This document shows, one piece after another, positions 35,932 to 48,654 of a DNA stretch of 64,000 nt. A program made the translations under genes and the position numbers. Origin of the DNA: Selaginella moellendorffii. Its lineage: Eukaryota > Plantae > Lycopodiophyta. Position 1 is the first letter of the stretch. Every line of letters begins with the position of its first letter. The notes under the pieces are model-generated. The model worked only from the letters and a program-made list of their open reading frames with translations, did no database searches and had not been told where the DNA came from. The stretch spans positions 62,001-126,000 of the forward strand of contig NW_003314363.1 in NCBI RefSeq assembly GCF_000143415.4, in the 5' to 3' direction.

Positions 35932-37482
35932 TGTAAGCGACTAATTTTTTCATTTTACTTTAGCCACTTAGCCGCACCTCCGACCACTTGGAGGAGTCTT
36001 ATTCACAACCTCCATAAGTCCCAGTTAGGACTTGGGGCTTGCTAGCCTCCATGCCACTCAACCTTTGCACTTGGTCCAAGTGCTCCACGTGTCCAATCCC
36101 ATGATCGACACCCCAAGGTACCACCGACATACCAGCCTGTTACGCTAGGCCATGCCTACTCACCTTGGTCACATCGGTGGTCCAACACCACCTGCATTGC
36201 AATCCCGTCTCTCCAAGACTGGGCCATCCGTCCATGAGTGGTCAGCCCAGATCCACTCCTTTGCTTCCTTAGGATGCCCATAGACATGGGGAATAGCCTT
36301 CCCCAATATCTCCTTTCCGGTCCTCACTAAGTCCCTTTCTGTCCATGGCTGTGCTTGCCAACACTGCCACTGGGGCAAGGCCTATAGGCCTGATTGCTAA
36401 GTCCCATGGTCCTCTGGGACTTCCTCACCATATGACTGTGTCCTTGGTCACCACACTAGAGGGTTATTCCTCTTCTTTTCCACAGTCTAGGACTTTGGGA
36501 CACTATTTTGGAACACCGTGGCCCTACGCGGGCCTCCTAGGTACTCTCCCTGCCTTCCGCCTTTGGGTGCTCTAGCCATGGGCTTAGAGCGAGGTTCCGT
36601 TGAGCCACGCCTGGTATCCAAGTAGGTAGTGCCACCCACACTTGGACTGAGAGCATTAACCATTCGATCTCCCGGGGGAACTAAAGCCGGCTCTTGAACA
36701 CTTCACCAAGTTACCCCGCTTGTTGGTCCATATTCACTCTAGTTTTGGACTTCTCAGTGGTCAGCTCATCACCCAACACTGGGTATGGCTTTCCTGGGCC
36801 CAATTGGCCTTTCCTGGGCCAAACTTGCCTTTCCTGGCCAAACTGGCTCCTTGGGCTCCGACCCCCACACTCTCCCTACTATACTTTTGGAACCCCCTGC
36901 AGCCCCCCCCCCCCCCCCCCCCTAGGGGACAAATTGCTTTGGGCTTTCACCCAACTGCCTGTATTAGTATTTGGACTCGGACTCAAGCTTGAACTCGGAC
37001 TCGGACTCGGTCTTGGTCCCGGTTTCGGACTCGGACTCGGTCTGGGTCTCGGTTCCATCCCGGATCCATCTCGGACTCCATCTTGGGTCCATCTCGGACT
37101 CCATCTCAGACTCCATCTTGGGTCCATCTCGGGTCCACCTCATACTCCATCTCAGGTCCATCTCGGGTCCACCTCAGACTCCATCTCGGGTCCATCTCGG
37201 ACTCCAACTCGGACTCCATCTTGGACTCCATCTCAGACTCCATCTTGGACACTTCCACGTGTCATGTGTTGGTCCTTTTGGGTCCCCTTTTTGGAGCCTC
37301 GCTTATTGCTCGCTTCGTACTCGTTCCTCGAGCACTTTGTTGGGAGTTCCACTCCTGCTCTTGACCTTTCCAGTCGGAACTTTTAGTCCAAATGTGTTAC
37401 GCTTGTTTGGCTTTCGCTTTGGCCACTACCACATGGCACCCTTTCAGCTCCACTTTGGGGCCTAGGGATTTTGTGTCTCACA
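35932..37482 (-). mobile_element. Solo LTR, family B variant, TSD TCCCG
   Basis: tgtaagcgac..tgtctcaca termini; TCCCG at 35927-35931 and 37483-37487. Confidence 0.92.
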
Positions 37483-39911
37483 TCCCGGTCTCGGTCTCAG
37501 TCCCAGTCTCGGTCTCGACCTTGGACTCCATCTCGGGTCCTTCTCGGACTCCATCTCGGATTCCATCTCGGGTCCATCTCGGACTCCGTCTTGGTCCATC
37601 TCGGGCTCCATCTCGGACTCCATCTTGGACTCCGTCTCGGTCCATCTCGGACTCCATCTCAGACTCCATCTCGGATCCATCTTGGACTCTATCTCGGACT
37701 CCATCTTGGACTCCATCTCGGGTCTATCTCGGGTCTATCTCAGGTCCTTCTCAGACTCCATCTTGGACTCCATCTCAGACTCATCCACGTGTCATGTGGT
37801 GGTCCTTTTGGGTCCTTTTTTGGAGCCTCGCTTATTGCTCGCTTCGTACTCGTTCCTCGAGCCCTTTGTTGGGAGTTCCACTCCCGCTCCCGACCTTTCA
37901 AGTCAAAGCTTTTGGTCTAAACGTGTTACATTCATTTGGCTTTCGCTTCGGCCACTACTACGTGGCACCCTTTTGGCTCCACTTTGGGGCCTAGGGATTT
38001 TGTGTCTCACAAGGACATACATTCAACCCGAAAGTCTGGCCAAAGTGACTTAACACTAGAACTAATCAAAGACTCTACTAATGAAACAAAAGCAAGATTC
38101 TCAACTTCATGGATACACTCAACATCCAAATTAGTATAAGGAGGATAGAAAATACTCAACTCAACATTAGACTAAGAATGAGAATCATGAGAGTCACAAA
38201 TGATTGATGTGCCAGGAGAAGAAAACACTACAGATGAGGAATAAATACTAAGAACATGAGAAAGTGGCTCAAGCCGAGAAATAAAAAAAAGTTAGGAAAA
38301 AGAAAAAGGGAAAGAAAAAGGATCAAATGGCAAATTGAAATATTGACACCTACCCTGTGAAATCTTCACTTCATCTCCAAAGCTATTTCCATAATAATCA
38401 AGCTCATCATCACACTTTAGAATCCATTCAAGCTTGTACACGTCGTCTTCCCATAAACTTGATCCTCGAACATTCCCTAAGAATTGGATTGCATCATCCA
38501 TAACTCGCCAATTAATATCACGATCACACTCCACATCAATAGGAGATGGCAGAACACCAAGAATAGGACAAGCTGTGTAATCACGTCCCTTAAAAACTGG
38601 AGACGGCAACACACCAAAGATGGGCGCAACACCAATATCATCACACCCCACAGCACCAAAATTTCAATTCAACGGAGCAGCATTAGTAGCTTCAAGTGAC
38701 ATACTCCTTGATCAATGACGGCGTGGCATGGTGGAAGAAGGGGAATGCAATGAAGACTAGAAGAAAGAGTAGATCTAAGCACAACAATAGTTAAATTTTA
38801 GATCTTGCAAAAAGCTAATACAGATCTAAATCTAAAAGAGAATGAAAAAATAAAAACAAAAAAAGCACAATCTTGAACACTAGAGCAAAGCACTACCAAA
38901 AAGCTTTGCCCTTCAAAAATAAATTACGCTGCCCTTTCCACCAATGTGAATGTTCGGGATATAGGAATAGGTATATTAATTGGGGTTTAGTCCCCTGCTT
39001 ATATACAAGAATAGATGGACTAGATTTAGTCCCAAATAGACAGTCTATATGCTATAGTATTATAATTAGTTTATTACCTAGCTAAGGTAATATATGTATT
39101 TACAAACATTACAAAGTTAAATATATAATATAGTTATAAATAATAAATTAAAATATTTAACAAAGAATATAAAAATCTAATATAAAAACTAAGGTAATAA
39201 GTTTTTTCCTAGTTCAAATAGGTTTTATGACGAAGTTTTTCTATAGATTTTCTAGTGAATCAGAATTATCTTTAGAACTCACTTTGCATGTCAACAGAAT
39301 TATATAAGACATTTAGCCATACAATATTCCACTTATCAAACATATGCTTAAACTAAGACAAGTTGACAATCTAGAATAGAAAGGGAGGTAGCATTGATTC
39401 TTTTTGTTTTGGATGTCTAACATACATGGATCAAAGGCAATTCGCTCAAACTCTTGTGGAGATGGATCATTGATATTGAAGAACTCTAAGGCTATGAAGG
39501 TGCTAAAGAAAATTCAATGTATAACCTCGTGTATCCAATATATGAGCTATGTTTATAGATAGCTTTTTGTCATGCTAGAAACATCATGGATGCTAAAGAA
39601 GTTTTAGTTTGAAGTAGTTTATATTACTCTACAAATTCAAAATCTTCTCCCTCACTTAACAAGCCAAGATAAAACTCAAAATAAGCATAGATAGTAAAAT
39701 GTTAGAGCTTCATTATATAAATATGGATGTTTTTTTTGTAAGCAAACTGGATTCTAGAAGCAAGCTTAAGGCTATGAACCATGAGTTAAAGGGTATAGCT
39801 TTTGGTGGGCCCAAATGCAAAACAAAAATATAAATGTTTAATAGGGATCTCTCAAGCTAGTTGGCCATTCTTTACTATATATTTAAAACCCTTTATATAA
39901 AAGCATGCTAT

Positions 39912-40498
39912 TGTAAACAAACAAAGGGAACAATTCGAAAGACGATCCATAGGGGTTCAAATATAAAAGGAAAGGGCCCATGAATAAAAGTGCACCTCCT
40001 TTTTCAATCGGTTAAGGGTTTTGGGATATTTGGGGTTAAGCGTCCTTTGGTTTAAATAGTATTGGGTTGGATGACCTCTCAGAAAATCCAAACTCAGAAG
40101 CTTACATTTGGTATTAAAGGGGTCTCGGGTTTGACTTTGTTGGTTGGCTAGGGGAATCACACCACATGTTGATTGACATCTGGCAAGGGTTCAATATGCT
40201 CCGATAGGGTTTGACCCGAGGGGTAGGGTGTCAAGAGAGCAGGCTCTTGGGAGAGCTGTGGTTTTCAGCTTCTGTTTATAAGGGTGTGAACTTACAAGGA
40301 AGCATGGTGAATTATAAACAACCAAAAGCAACGACTCAAAAGACGATCCATAAAGGTTTAAATATAGAGGGAAAGGGCCTATGAATAAAAGTGCACACCT
40401 TTTTTCAATTGGTTAAAAGTCTTGGGATATTTGGGGTTAAGTGTTTTTGGGTTTGAATATGGGTGATCTCCCGAGAAGTCCAAACTCAAGAGCTTACA
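39912..40498 (+). mobile_element. Cassandra-like TRIM with 5S rRNA-derived LTRs (39912-40106, 40313-40498)
   Basis: ~190 bp direct repeats ending GCTTACA, PBS-like TGGTATTAAAG, ~200 bp non-coding interior, TSD GCTAT/ACTAT. LTR segment gttaagcgtcctttgg..tagtattgggttggatgacctctcagaaaatcc resembles the plant 5S internal control region. Confidence 0.82.
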
Positions 40499-40844
40499 AC
40501 TATGACCTTTTAGCTTAGTCCCAAGAATTATAGTCTCTAAGATAATCTTGAAAACTTATTATATATGAAATGGTGTTAGATTGCAAATTTGTAAGCCAAA
40601 ATAACACTATCATGTTTAGAACAATCTCTATATTTCATAGATATGCCCAATTAACAAATATAGGCACTTTCTATAAATAGTTAAAAGGACTAAACAAGAC
40701 TAATACATGCAAAATGATAACTAGAATGTTTCACAAACATGATAAACTATCATATAGTGATATTAAGAGATTAATGCTTAATAAGAGTTATTGTCAAAGC
40801 AGTGCAACAACTAAAAGCAAAACTGAGTATACTCAACAAGAAAC

Positions 40845-41008
40845 ACATAATAACTAAAAAGAATAACTTGAAAGATGATCTATTGAAATTTGAATATAGA
40901 AAGAAAGAGCCATAAATAAAAGTGCACACTTTTTACCAATTGGTTAATAGTCTTGGAATACTTGATATTAAATGTCCTTGGGTTTAAGTAATATTGAGTT
41001 AAATGTCT
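40845..41008 (+). mobile_element. Older degenerate LTR fragment of the Cassandra-like family
   Basis: aataaaagtgcacactttttaccaattggttaa matches the LTR core of 39912-40498. Confidence 0.65.
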
Positions 41009-41910
41009 TTTGTTGGAAATTATACCATATGTTGGCATTTGGCAGTGTATTGAGGAACGAGGGGAAGAGAAAGTTCTAGGTAGGGGACACATGGAACCCC
41101 ATCCAATATTATATTACAAGACCAATATTGTTATATTGTTGAGCTTTACCAATCACCCCTTCATGCAAGAAAAAAGGAATAAGTAATTACACTATAAGGC
41201 TATATTCTTAAGCTTTACCAATCGCAAGAAAAAGGAATAATTAAAGTGTAAAACATGATAAAAAGATCTAATAATTTATCTCTGATATAGCTCTAAACTA
41301 AAAATAAAAAGAAAAAGACCATAAAATAGAAACTTTTGGGAGTGCCACTATAAGTTATTGCCAAGATCTAGGTAGTCTTCCTCATATTATAGCTTCTACA
41401 TCATGAATCCTCCACCTCAAGCTTGCCATACCTGTTATAGCAATGTTTGGTCATGGTTGTTAGACCTCTAAACTAGCACCTCACTATAGCTGTAGTAGTA
41501 TCATGGTCGCTATGGTCGTGAACCAAGAAATGCTGTACTTGCTATGGTAAAAAGTGCTATGGCTAAATGTACCACATGTAGTTATAGAAAATATATTATC
41601 ACTTAAAATATCAAAGGATAAATAAAGATAAAATAGCCACTAAAAGCTCTTTTATTATGCAATTACATTTTTTAAATTGGCTAAAGAGAAGAGAGATAAA
41701 AGTGTGCTACACTAAGCATTAACTATAACTAGAGTGATATATGCAATCAAGAAAGAAGCAATACCAAAGAACCTAGTTAAGATGCATTTTGCTCTTGCAA
41801 TCACCAAGACTCAAAAGCTTAGCTAAATCTCAAAACGTAAAAATCATTAATGTTGCTTTCATATGAAATATGAACTTATGAACATACATATCCTAACATT
41901 GGGAAGCTAA

Positions 41911-43605
41911 TGTGAGACACAAATCCTAAAGCCCAAAGTGGAATTGAAAGTGTGCTACATAGCAATGGTTAAAGTAGAAGTTCAACAAGTATAACCCGTT
42001 TAGACCAAAAGCTCTAACTTAAAAAGTCGAAAGTGGGAGTGGAATTTCAAACGAAGTGCTTGAGGGATAAATGAGCCTTTAGAAAGGGACATGAGAAAGA
42101 CTGACATATGGCAAGTGTCATGACACATGGAAGTGTTAAGACTGAATATGAGATGGAGTTCCAAACAGGCATCTGAGAAGGAGAGATGGAGTCCATGATG
42201 GAATCCAGAAGTCTACCAAGCGTAACATGTTTGGACCAAAAGCTCCGACTTGGAAAGTCGAGAGCAGGAATGGAATTCCAAACAAAGTGCTTGAGGGATA
42301 AATGAGCTTTTAGAAAGGAACACAAGAAGGACTGACACATGGCAAGTGTCATGACACATGGAAGTGTTGGGACTGAATCTGAAATGGAGTCTAAGAAGGA
42401 GTCCAAAAGAAAGTCCGAGAAGCAGTCTAAGATGGAATATAAAATGAAGTCCAAAGGAGTCCGAGATGGAGGCTAAGGTTGAATTTGAGATGGAGACCAA
42501 GACTAGGTCTAAGACCAAGGCTGAGATTGAGATTGAGAATAAATCTGAAATTGAGATTAAGATTAAGATGAGACTGAGATTAAGATTAAGACCAAGATCG
42601 AGTCCAAATCCAAATTTGAATACTAATATAGATCAAGGGGAAAGAGATTGTACCCTGGGGGGGAGGGGGGGAGGGAAGGCTAATATGACCTGGTGAGTGA
42701 TGATATGACTATTGAGGAATCCAAAACTAGAGTGAATATAAACAAACAAATGGGGTAATTGGGTGAAGTGTTAAAAAACCTACTCTAATTCCCCTAGAAG
42801 ATCAAATGGTCAATGCTCTCAATCTAAGTGTGGGTGATATTACTTACTTGGATACTTAGTGTAACTTATTGGAACCTCACTCTAGCTATATGGCTAAGGC
42901 ACCTAAGGGCAGAAGGTGGGAGAGTACCCATGAGGCTTGTGTAAGGTCACTATAGCGCATGTGATCATGGGATGAAATTTAGATATACTGTCACCGTGGA
43001 TCCTTGGAACCTTAAGGGATAAATGGGGATAAAATAGCCAATTAGTCAATAGTCAATGAGGACATTGACATCTCTGAAGGGGGGGTGAATGTAGTGCATG
43101 TGATTATGGGATGAGATTTGGATATACTGTCACTGTGAATCCTTGGAACCATGAGCTTTAACTCTGTGGCAATGTTGAACGAGCACTACTGTGAATAAAG
43201 TGGGACTTAGTGAGGACTGAAGAAAGGATATTAGGGAAGAGTGTTCTCATGTCGTCAGGCATCCTAAGGGTGGTGTTGTCAAGGGATAACCACTCATAGA
43301 CAAATAGCCCAATTCATAGGAGACAAGTCTGTAGTATGGGTGGTCTTGGATTACTAATAAAATGAAAGTGAATGAACATAGCCTTAACGTAAGGGGCTGA
43401 TATATCTGTGGTATCTTTATGTGTCTATGTTGGGATTAGACATATAGAGCATTTGGACTAAATGTAAAGGCAAAGTTGTATAAAGGCCATTCATAGGACT
43501 ATCAAGTTCCCAAGTTAGAAATAGAATTTATGGAGGTTGTGAGTGAAATTCTTTCAAGTGGTCAAAAGTGTGATTAAAGTATAATGGAAAAATTAGTTGC
43601 TTACA
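41911..43605 (+). mobile_element. Old, AT-shifted solo LTR of family B (TSD GCTAA/ACTAA)
   Basis: tgtgagacacaaatcc..aaaaattagttgcttaca termini, eroded hexamer arrays, internal duplication at ~41990-42380. Confidence 0.85.
42951..43190 (+). mobile_element. Miniature LTR-element remnant nested in the old LTR-B
   Basis: ~60 bp direct repeats (42951-43010, 43090-43150) separated by a spacer ending in PPT gaagggggggtgaa followed by TGTAGTGC. Confidence 0.6.
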
Positions 43606-44321
43606 ACTAAATCACTTTTGTCAAAATTTCAAGATCACTTAATGATTTAAGATAAGAACAAGATCAACAAATGAATTAATGCCCAATACATACAATTTCA
43701 ATTTAGAGGTAAAAATATACCTTACTTAAAGGTATATTATATTTTAAATAACTTGTGCCATTTGCTCTGTAACGCAATTTATCTCTCTCATCTTAACCCA
43801 ATTAATAAAGAGATAATCATTTTATAAGAAAAACTATTTTATGCCTATTTATACCAAAGGGAACTAACAGTTTTGCTGCTGAACTACCTGTTAGATACAT
43901 CAATCTGCACAACTAATATTAATATACAACATCATAGTCGTACACTTGGACCTCACATAACTAGCTTTTTTTATTCAAATACAACACATTGTATTATTAT
44001 ACATTTCCATATCTTTTTCTTTTCATCTCAAACCATATATTATATACAGCAATCCAATGCCTCTCAGTGTTTTGCAGTTACATGCAAGAACATGAAAGTA
44101 TTTAAAATTGACAAGCTCAAATTTTGTATTATTTTTGAGTGGAAAACCTGGCTAGCAAAAAGTTCTGTTGGGACACACACATTAATCCTGCAAACTAAAT
44201 TAAAGAATATTTGAAATAACCTTACAATAAAAAAAAAACACTTTTTTTTGCAGCTATTCCTGAACTCCTGTTAAACTTTCTAGTGGAAAGACGAGGCCTG
44301 AAAAGGCTGCGCATTTAGTAT

Positions 44322-44432
44322 TCACTTGCTCAGTGAACATTATAACAAGCTGTTGATCAAAGTCAATACCTTCTACCTAAAGTAGTTTCCTGAGTTTCGA
44401 TGAACACCAACTTATGCTGCATAGCCTCCTGA
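44322..44432 (-). pseudogene. Internally deleted XPD fragment
   Basis: [28 protein letters not shown] and LSK pieces are collinear with 46510-46238, with large gaps. Confidence 0.8.
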
Positions 44433-44692
44433 ATGAACTTGGAAAGAAAAATAGCACCTGATATCTCGTTCCAGCACTCTAATTCTCGCAGCCAAGAATG
44501 CCAAGGTCTGTTCTCCAAGTCCGATGCCAGCAAAATTTCCTTGATTTCAAGGCTGTGAGCGTGTAGCGGAATTCTAATGTGTGTCTGGTGTGCATGCAAC
44601 GAGGGTCGTAGAATTCGCCATCAGGCTAGGACTTCCCAGTGGAGGAAGTTGGTGTTGTGCCGTCAGTATTGAGTTGATATAATAGAGACCAG

Positions 44693-45488
44693 TTAGTTTG
44701 ACTGCCACAAGCGCTTTCTAGTACTCGTTCTATAGATTGCAACGTACCCTTCGTTGGAAACCCCGAGAACATACGCCTTGGGTAGGACTTGGTATCCCAC
44801 ATGGCACCAGATGATACTATCCCCGTCCCTGTACATGATCACGTAACAGTCCTTGTCGTGCCGGTGTATGTGAGATCTCCTAGCACGGCCGTACAGCACT
44901 AAGTTACAATCTGTTTGCATTGTCAATCGGAACCCTCCACTGACAGAAATGATGCTGTTGCCACTACTAAGATACGATGCTGGAACTTTACCTCTCAGGA
45001 AGCTACTCACCAGGGTCGTCATGTAGATCTAGCAGTCGTGCCTATCATCGTCAACATGTGGCTTGAATATATCCCAAATCTATCCGCCTCTAATCCCTCT
45101 TTGATGACGAGGACTCCTCGTCATTGTTCTCGTCGGGGTCGGGCACGAGCGCCTCGTGGCGAAGTCCAACGTATCGCAGTGCAATGGTTACCAATCCGTC
45201 CGACCCCTGACCTCGTCCATAAATTCGATCACACATGTCCCTTGCTGAGTTGACGACCTCGGTGGCTCCTAGCACACCCCCGATAATGGAAAGCGTGACT
45301 CGAGCATAGACGTTCTGGCCCATGTTCTGGCCGAACTCCACATTATCCAACAGATACTGCCCGAGGCGATCGACGAGAGTTGTGACTTGAGTTACGGATA
45401 GAGCATTGTAAAAAATCCTTCTCGTGACCAGGCGACGCTTGACAATGATGTATGGTGCAGCAGGCAGGACATAACGTACGCTTTGCAT
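44693..45488 (-). pseudogene. Second degenerate copy of the unknown-domain + bulb-lectin gene
   Basis: SYLSSGNSIISVSGGFRLTMQTDCNLVLY, ALSVTQVTTLVDRL and RDMCDRI match 8455-9345; the indels differ between copies. Confidence 0.78.
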
Positions 45489-45652
45489 GCTTCAAGAAGC
45501 CTCGCTCGCTCGCTTCCTTTCAAACCATTTGGTTTGTGTCCTGGACCGCAGCCCCAAAGTTTTTGCTTTGGGAAGAAAAGACTGACGTGAATACCAGTCA
45601 AAACATCAAAATAGACTGATACTAACAAGATCCGAAGAAACCTGGTTGGAAG

Positions 45653-48473
45653 CTAGAAGTTTGGCATCGCAGCCATCTTCTCCAGATCTTCTTGTGACAG
45701 CAGTGTTGATTTGCTGACCTGAGGGTCTGATGGTTGAGCCATCCGCCGCAAAAACTGTAAAATGAAAAGCATTCAACCCACGCTTTGATAATATTTTCTG
45801 TACTTCTCGGGCAATGTGGACTGCCATATCAGTACTCAGGTTTAGGTGCTCTTCCCGTAGCTGAGATTGAATCCACTGCGGCAACTTGTTTCGTTTGTTA
45901 GGAAGGTTATACCTGTTTCAATGTCAACAAAATTAGAAAAAAGAAAAGGAAAAAAAGAAAAAGAAACGACAGGGGAAAACCTCTTGTCTGCAAATATCAT
46001 CATTCCGTAATCTGCTTTTGAGCGAATGACACGGCCTACGCATTGAGCAGCTTGTCTCTGGTACAGGTAAACGAATAAGCGGAGAACAGAACGTAAAGAA
46101 CTTGCCACAGCATCGAAGGTGAGAAAGTCTCCCTCCTTTATCTGAAATGTATCTCGCAAATACTCCAGGCGCGCATTCAATATTCTGGGAATCGAAAAGA
46201 GGGAGATTCATCGTTTTGGATATGCGTGTACAACTTACTTGCTCAGTGTATACTGAAACGGCACCCCAAACATTATGACAAGGCGACCATAATGTCGATC
46301 GAAGTCAATACCTTCTGCAACTTTCCCCCTACATAGAACAATGTTTTTACCAAGTAAAAGGTGCCAGAAAAGCTAACAAACCTAGCGACTGAGAAAAATA
46401 CGGCTCCACGGCCACAATCACAGGCTTGACGGAAGTTCTCCAAGGCCAAAGTAGTCTCAACATAGTCTTGCGTTTCTATGAACACCAACTTATGTTGCAT
46501 AACCTCCTGAAACCAGCACTTGCACGTAAAGGAATGCCAATAACCTGAAAAATCTCACCTGTAAGATTCCCATCTCATTCCAGCTGTTGATTATCCCGTC
46601 CATGTATGAATAACTTACAAAGAAACATACCACTCCATCCGGGACAGTGGCCACCATTTCGAGCAAGAGGCGTCCATAATTTCGGACGACACCAGGGTCG
46701 CTCCGCATATCAAACTTTGAGCTCACTGGAAGTTGATCACTGTAAACAAGTCCTGTGAGATACTCACGACAGCGAAAACAAAATAGTACCTTCCTCGCGC
46801 GAGGATCATCGGACACAAGCAGTCCCTTGTCAGAGTCATTGTGAAACTGTGGATAATGACCGGGTTAAAGTTAAGCAACCGCGGGTAGAGATCGATGGGA
46901 CTTAACGTTCCTGAAGTTATTACCACGGACTGAAAACGGTCAAACACGGGTTTGATGGCGAGAGACGCATCTAGACAGCTTAGCTGCAACCAAACAAACC
47001 CGAGGCGTTTGGTCCGAATGATCGGAAAAACGAAGCAGGAAAACACGTACTTGCAAGACTGGATCTGGAATATGAGGCATACGCTCGTCATAAGGTTCGA
47101 TGATGATGGAGAAACCGCGAGTGTAGGTGCCAACGAGAGTAAGGAAGTTGCAGACGGTTTGTACATGCAGGAACTCGTCAATCTCGGTCACCTCCAGCGT
47201 CAGCAAAAGGGAGTGCAAGCGGTCGTAGCAAAACTTGAGCGCTTTCTGGTCCAGCCCCGCTGCAGTGCTCATCGTAGTCGTGAAAGAAACAGGACCCTCT
47301 TTCACTACCGTGTCCGTGTCCAGCCGCTCGCGGAGGTATTGTACCGCTCTCTGTAAAAACGCTACGAAGTGTTCTGCTCGTCGTATGTTCCCTGGCACAG
47401 CCTCACGCAGAATGTCTTCTGGGAGAACGGGGTTGGCAAGCCAATTATCCGAACCTAAAGAACGAGCGAAGAAAGAAAGGAGCCTTTAGCAAACTTCGTT
47501 GTTTCCAACATTACCATGGAGATTTCCTTGCTGCGCCAGACCTTCTACGAGCCTGTTATACTCCTGCCGCAGACGGTTGGCATCGGTTTCCTTGAATCTG
47601 GAAGACACGACAAGATAAACATGGTTTCACAGGGAAAAATCGGAAAAAGAAGAAAAACCTGGAGATGATTTGGTTGAGCTTGTGTATGTTCCTGCTGGCG
47701 CCATCGAGATTGTTTTGCCGCAAGTTGACGCTGAGCGCCTCGATGCAAACGTTGTCAATGTTATGAGCCTCGTCAAAGACGACGATGCACTCCTTTTGCA
47801 TCTCCTTGGAGATGATCCCCGACACCTTGGGGTCGAGGAGGTACTGATAGTTGTACACCACCACATTCGCAAACTGGATCATCTGCCTGGCCAGAAAGTA
47901 TGGACACCAGCCGCGCTGCCTGCCATACACTCGGAGGTCGTGAAGAGTGTAGACGCCGGGAGGCAATGGCTGCTCGCTGCCTTGCTTCTCATATCCCTGG
48001 TAGAAGGAGCACGTCTCAATGTCGGGGTTGGTCTCGGCGGCGGCTCTCACCCACGACGCCGTCAACTTTCGGCAGCCGGCGTCGACGCTCTCCCTGGAGG
48101 TCTCGCTGCTCACCACGGGATGGATGCACAGGTTCTTCCGGGAGCTCAAGCCCAGCGCCAGGATCTTGGCCCGGCTGCTGCCAATCTCCTTCTCCTGGTA
48201 GAGGTGGAGGCGGCGGAGCTCGTCCAGCACCTTCTCCATCTCGTGCACGGTGCGCGTGCAGTAGATGAGCTTGGCGAGCGAGGGATTGGCGAGCTGGTAG
48301 CTGGTGATGAGGGAGAGGAGCGTGATCGTCTTACCCGTGCCCGTCGGCATCTCCAGGAGGCAATGGCCGCGGGCGTCGAGCGCGTGCTTGAGCTCCACCA
48401 TGTACGCATACTGCTCGCGATAGATGAACTCATAGGGGAAGTAGACGGTGAGCCCCTCGATCACAAACTTCAT
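45653..48473 (-). CDS. XPD: TFIIH helicase XPD/ERCC2/RAD3 (UVH6); multi-exon
   Basis: [23 protein letters not shown], Fe-S cysteines, [40 protein letters not shown]. Confidence 0.97.
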
Positions 48474-48654
48474 AACTCTCAAGAACCCTAACAAAAACCC
48501 CCCTCTATTTACTGGAAAATTACATAACAGGCTCTATCCTCTTCTCTTGCTTTCACTGATCCGCAAGCACTGCATTGCTCCAAGACAGGACGAAATCCCG
48601 AGCAGCCGCAGGGATTCCTGCTCAGAAGATAAGAAACAAATATCAATAGCTACT

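Larger units (their letters stand above)
33617..38011 (-). mobile_element. Solo LTR, family B (TSD GGGAC/AGGAC), carrying two nested solo LTRs
   Basis: LTR-B is restored by joining 33617-34052, 35214-35931 and 37488-38011. Confidence 0.88.
32574..39113 (-). mobile_element. Element E: degenerate short-LTR non-autonomous retroelement (LTRs 38945-39113 and 32574-32673), possible 4-bp TSD AAGT
   Basis: tgtga(a/g)tg(t/c)tcgggatataggaata..ttaca termini, PBS-like TGGTGGAAAGGG, PPT gaggggaggatgg, weak gag-like remnant at 38292-38651. A further LTR-E copy starts at 32024. Confidence 0.7.
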
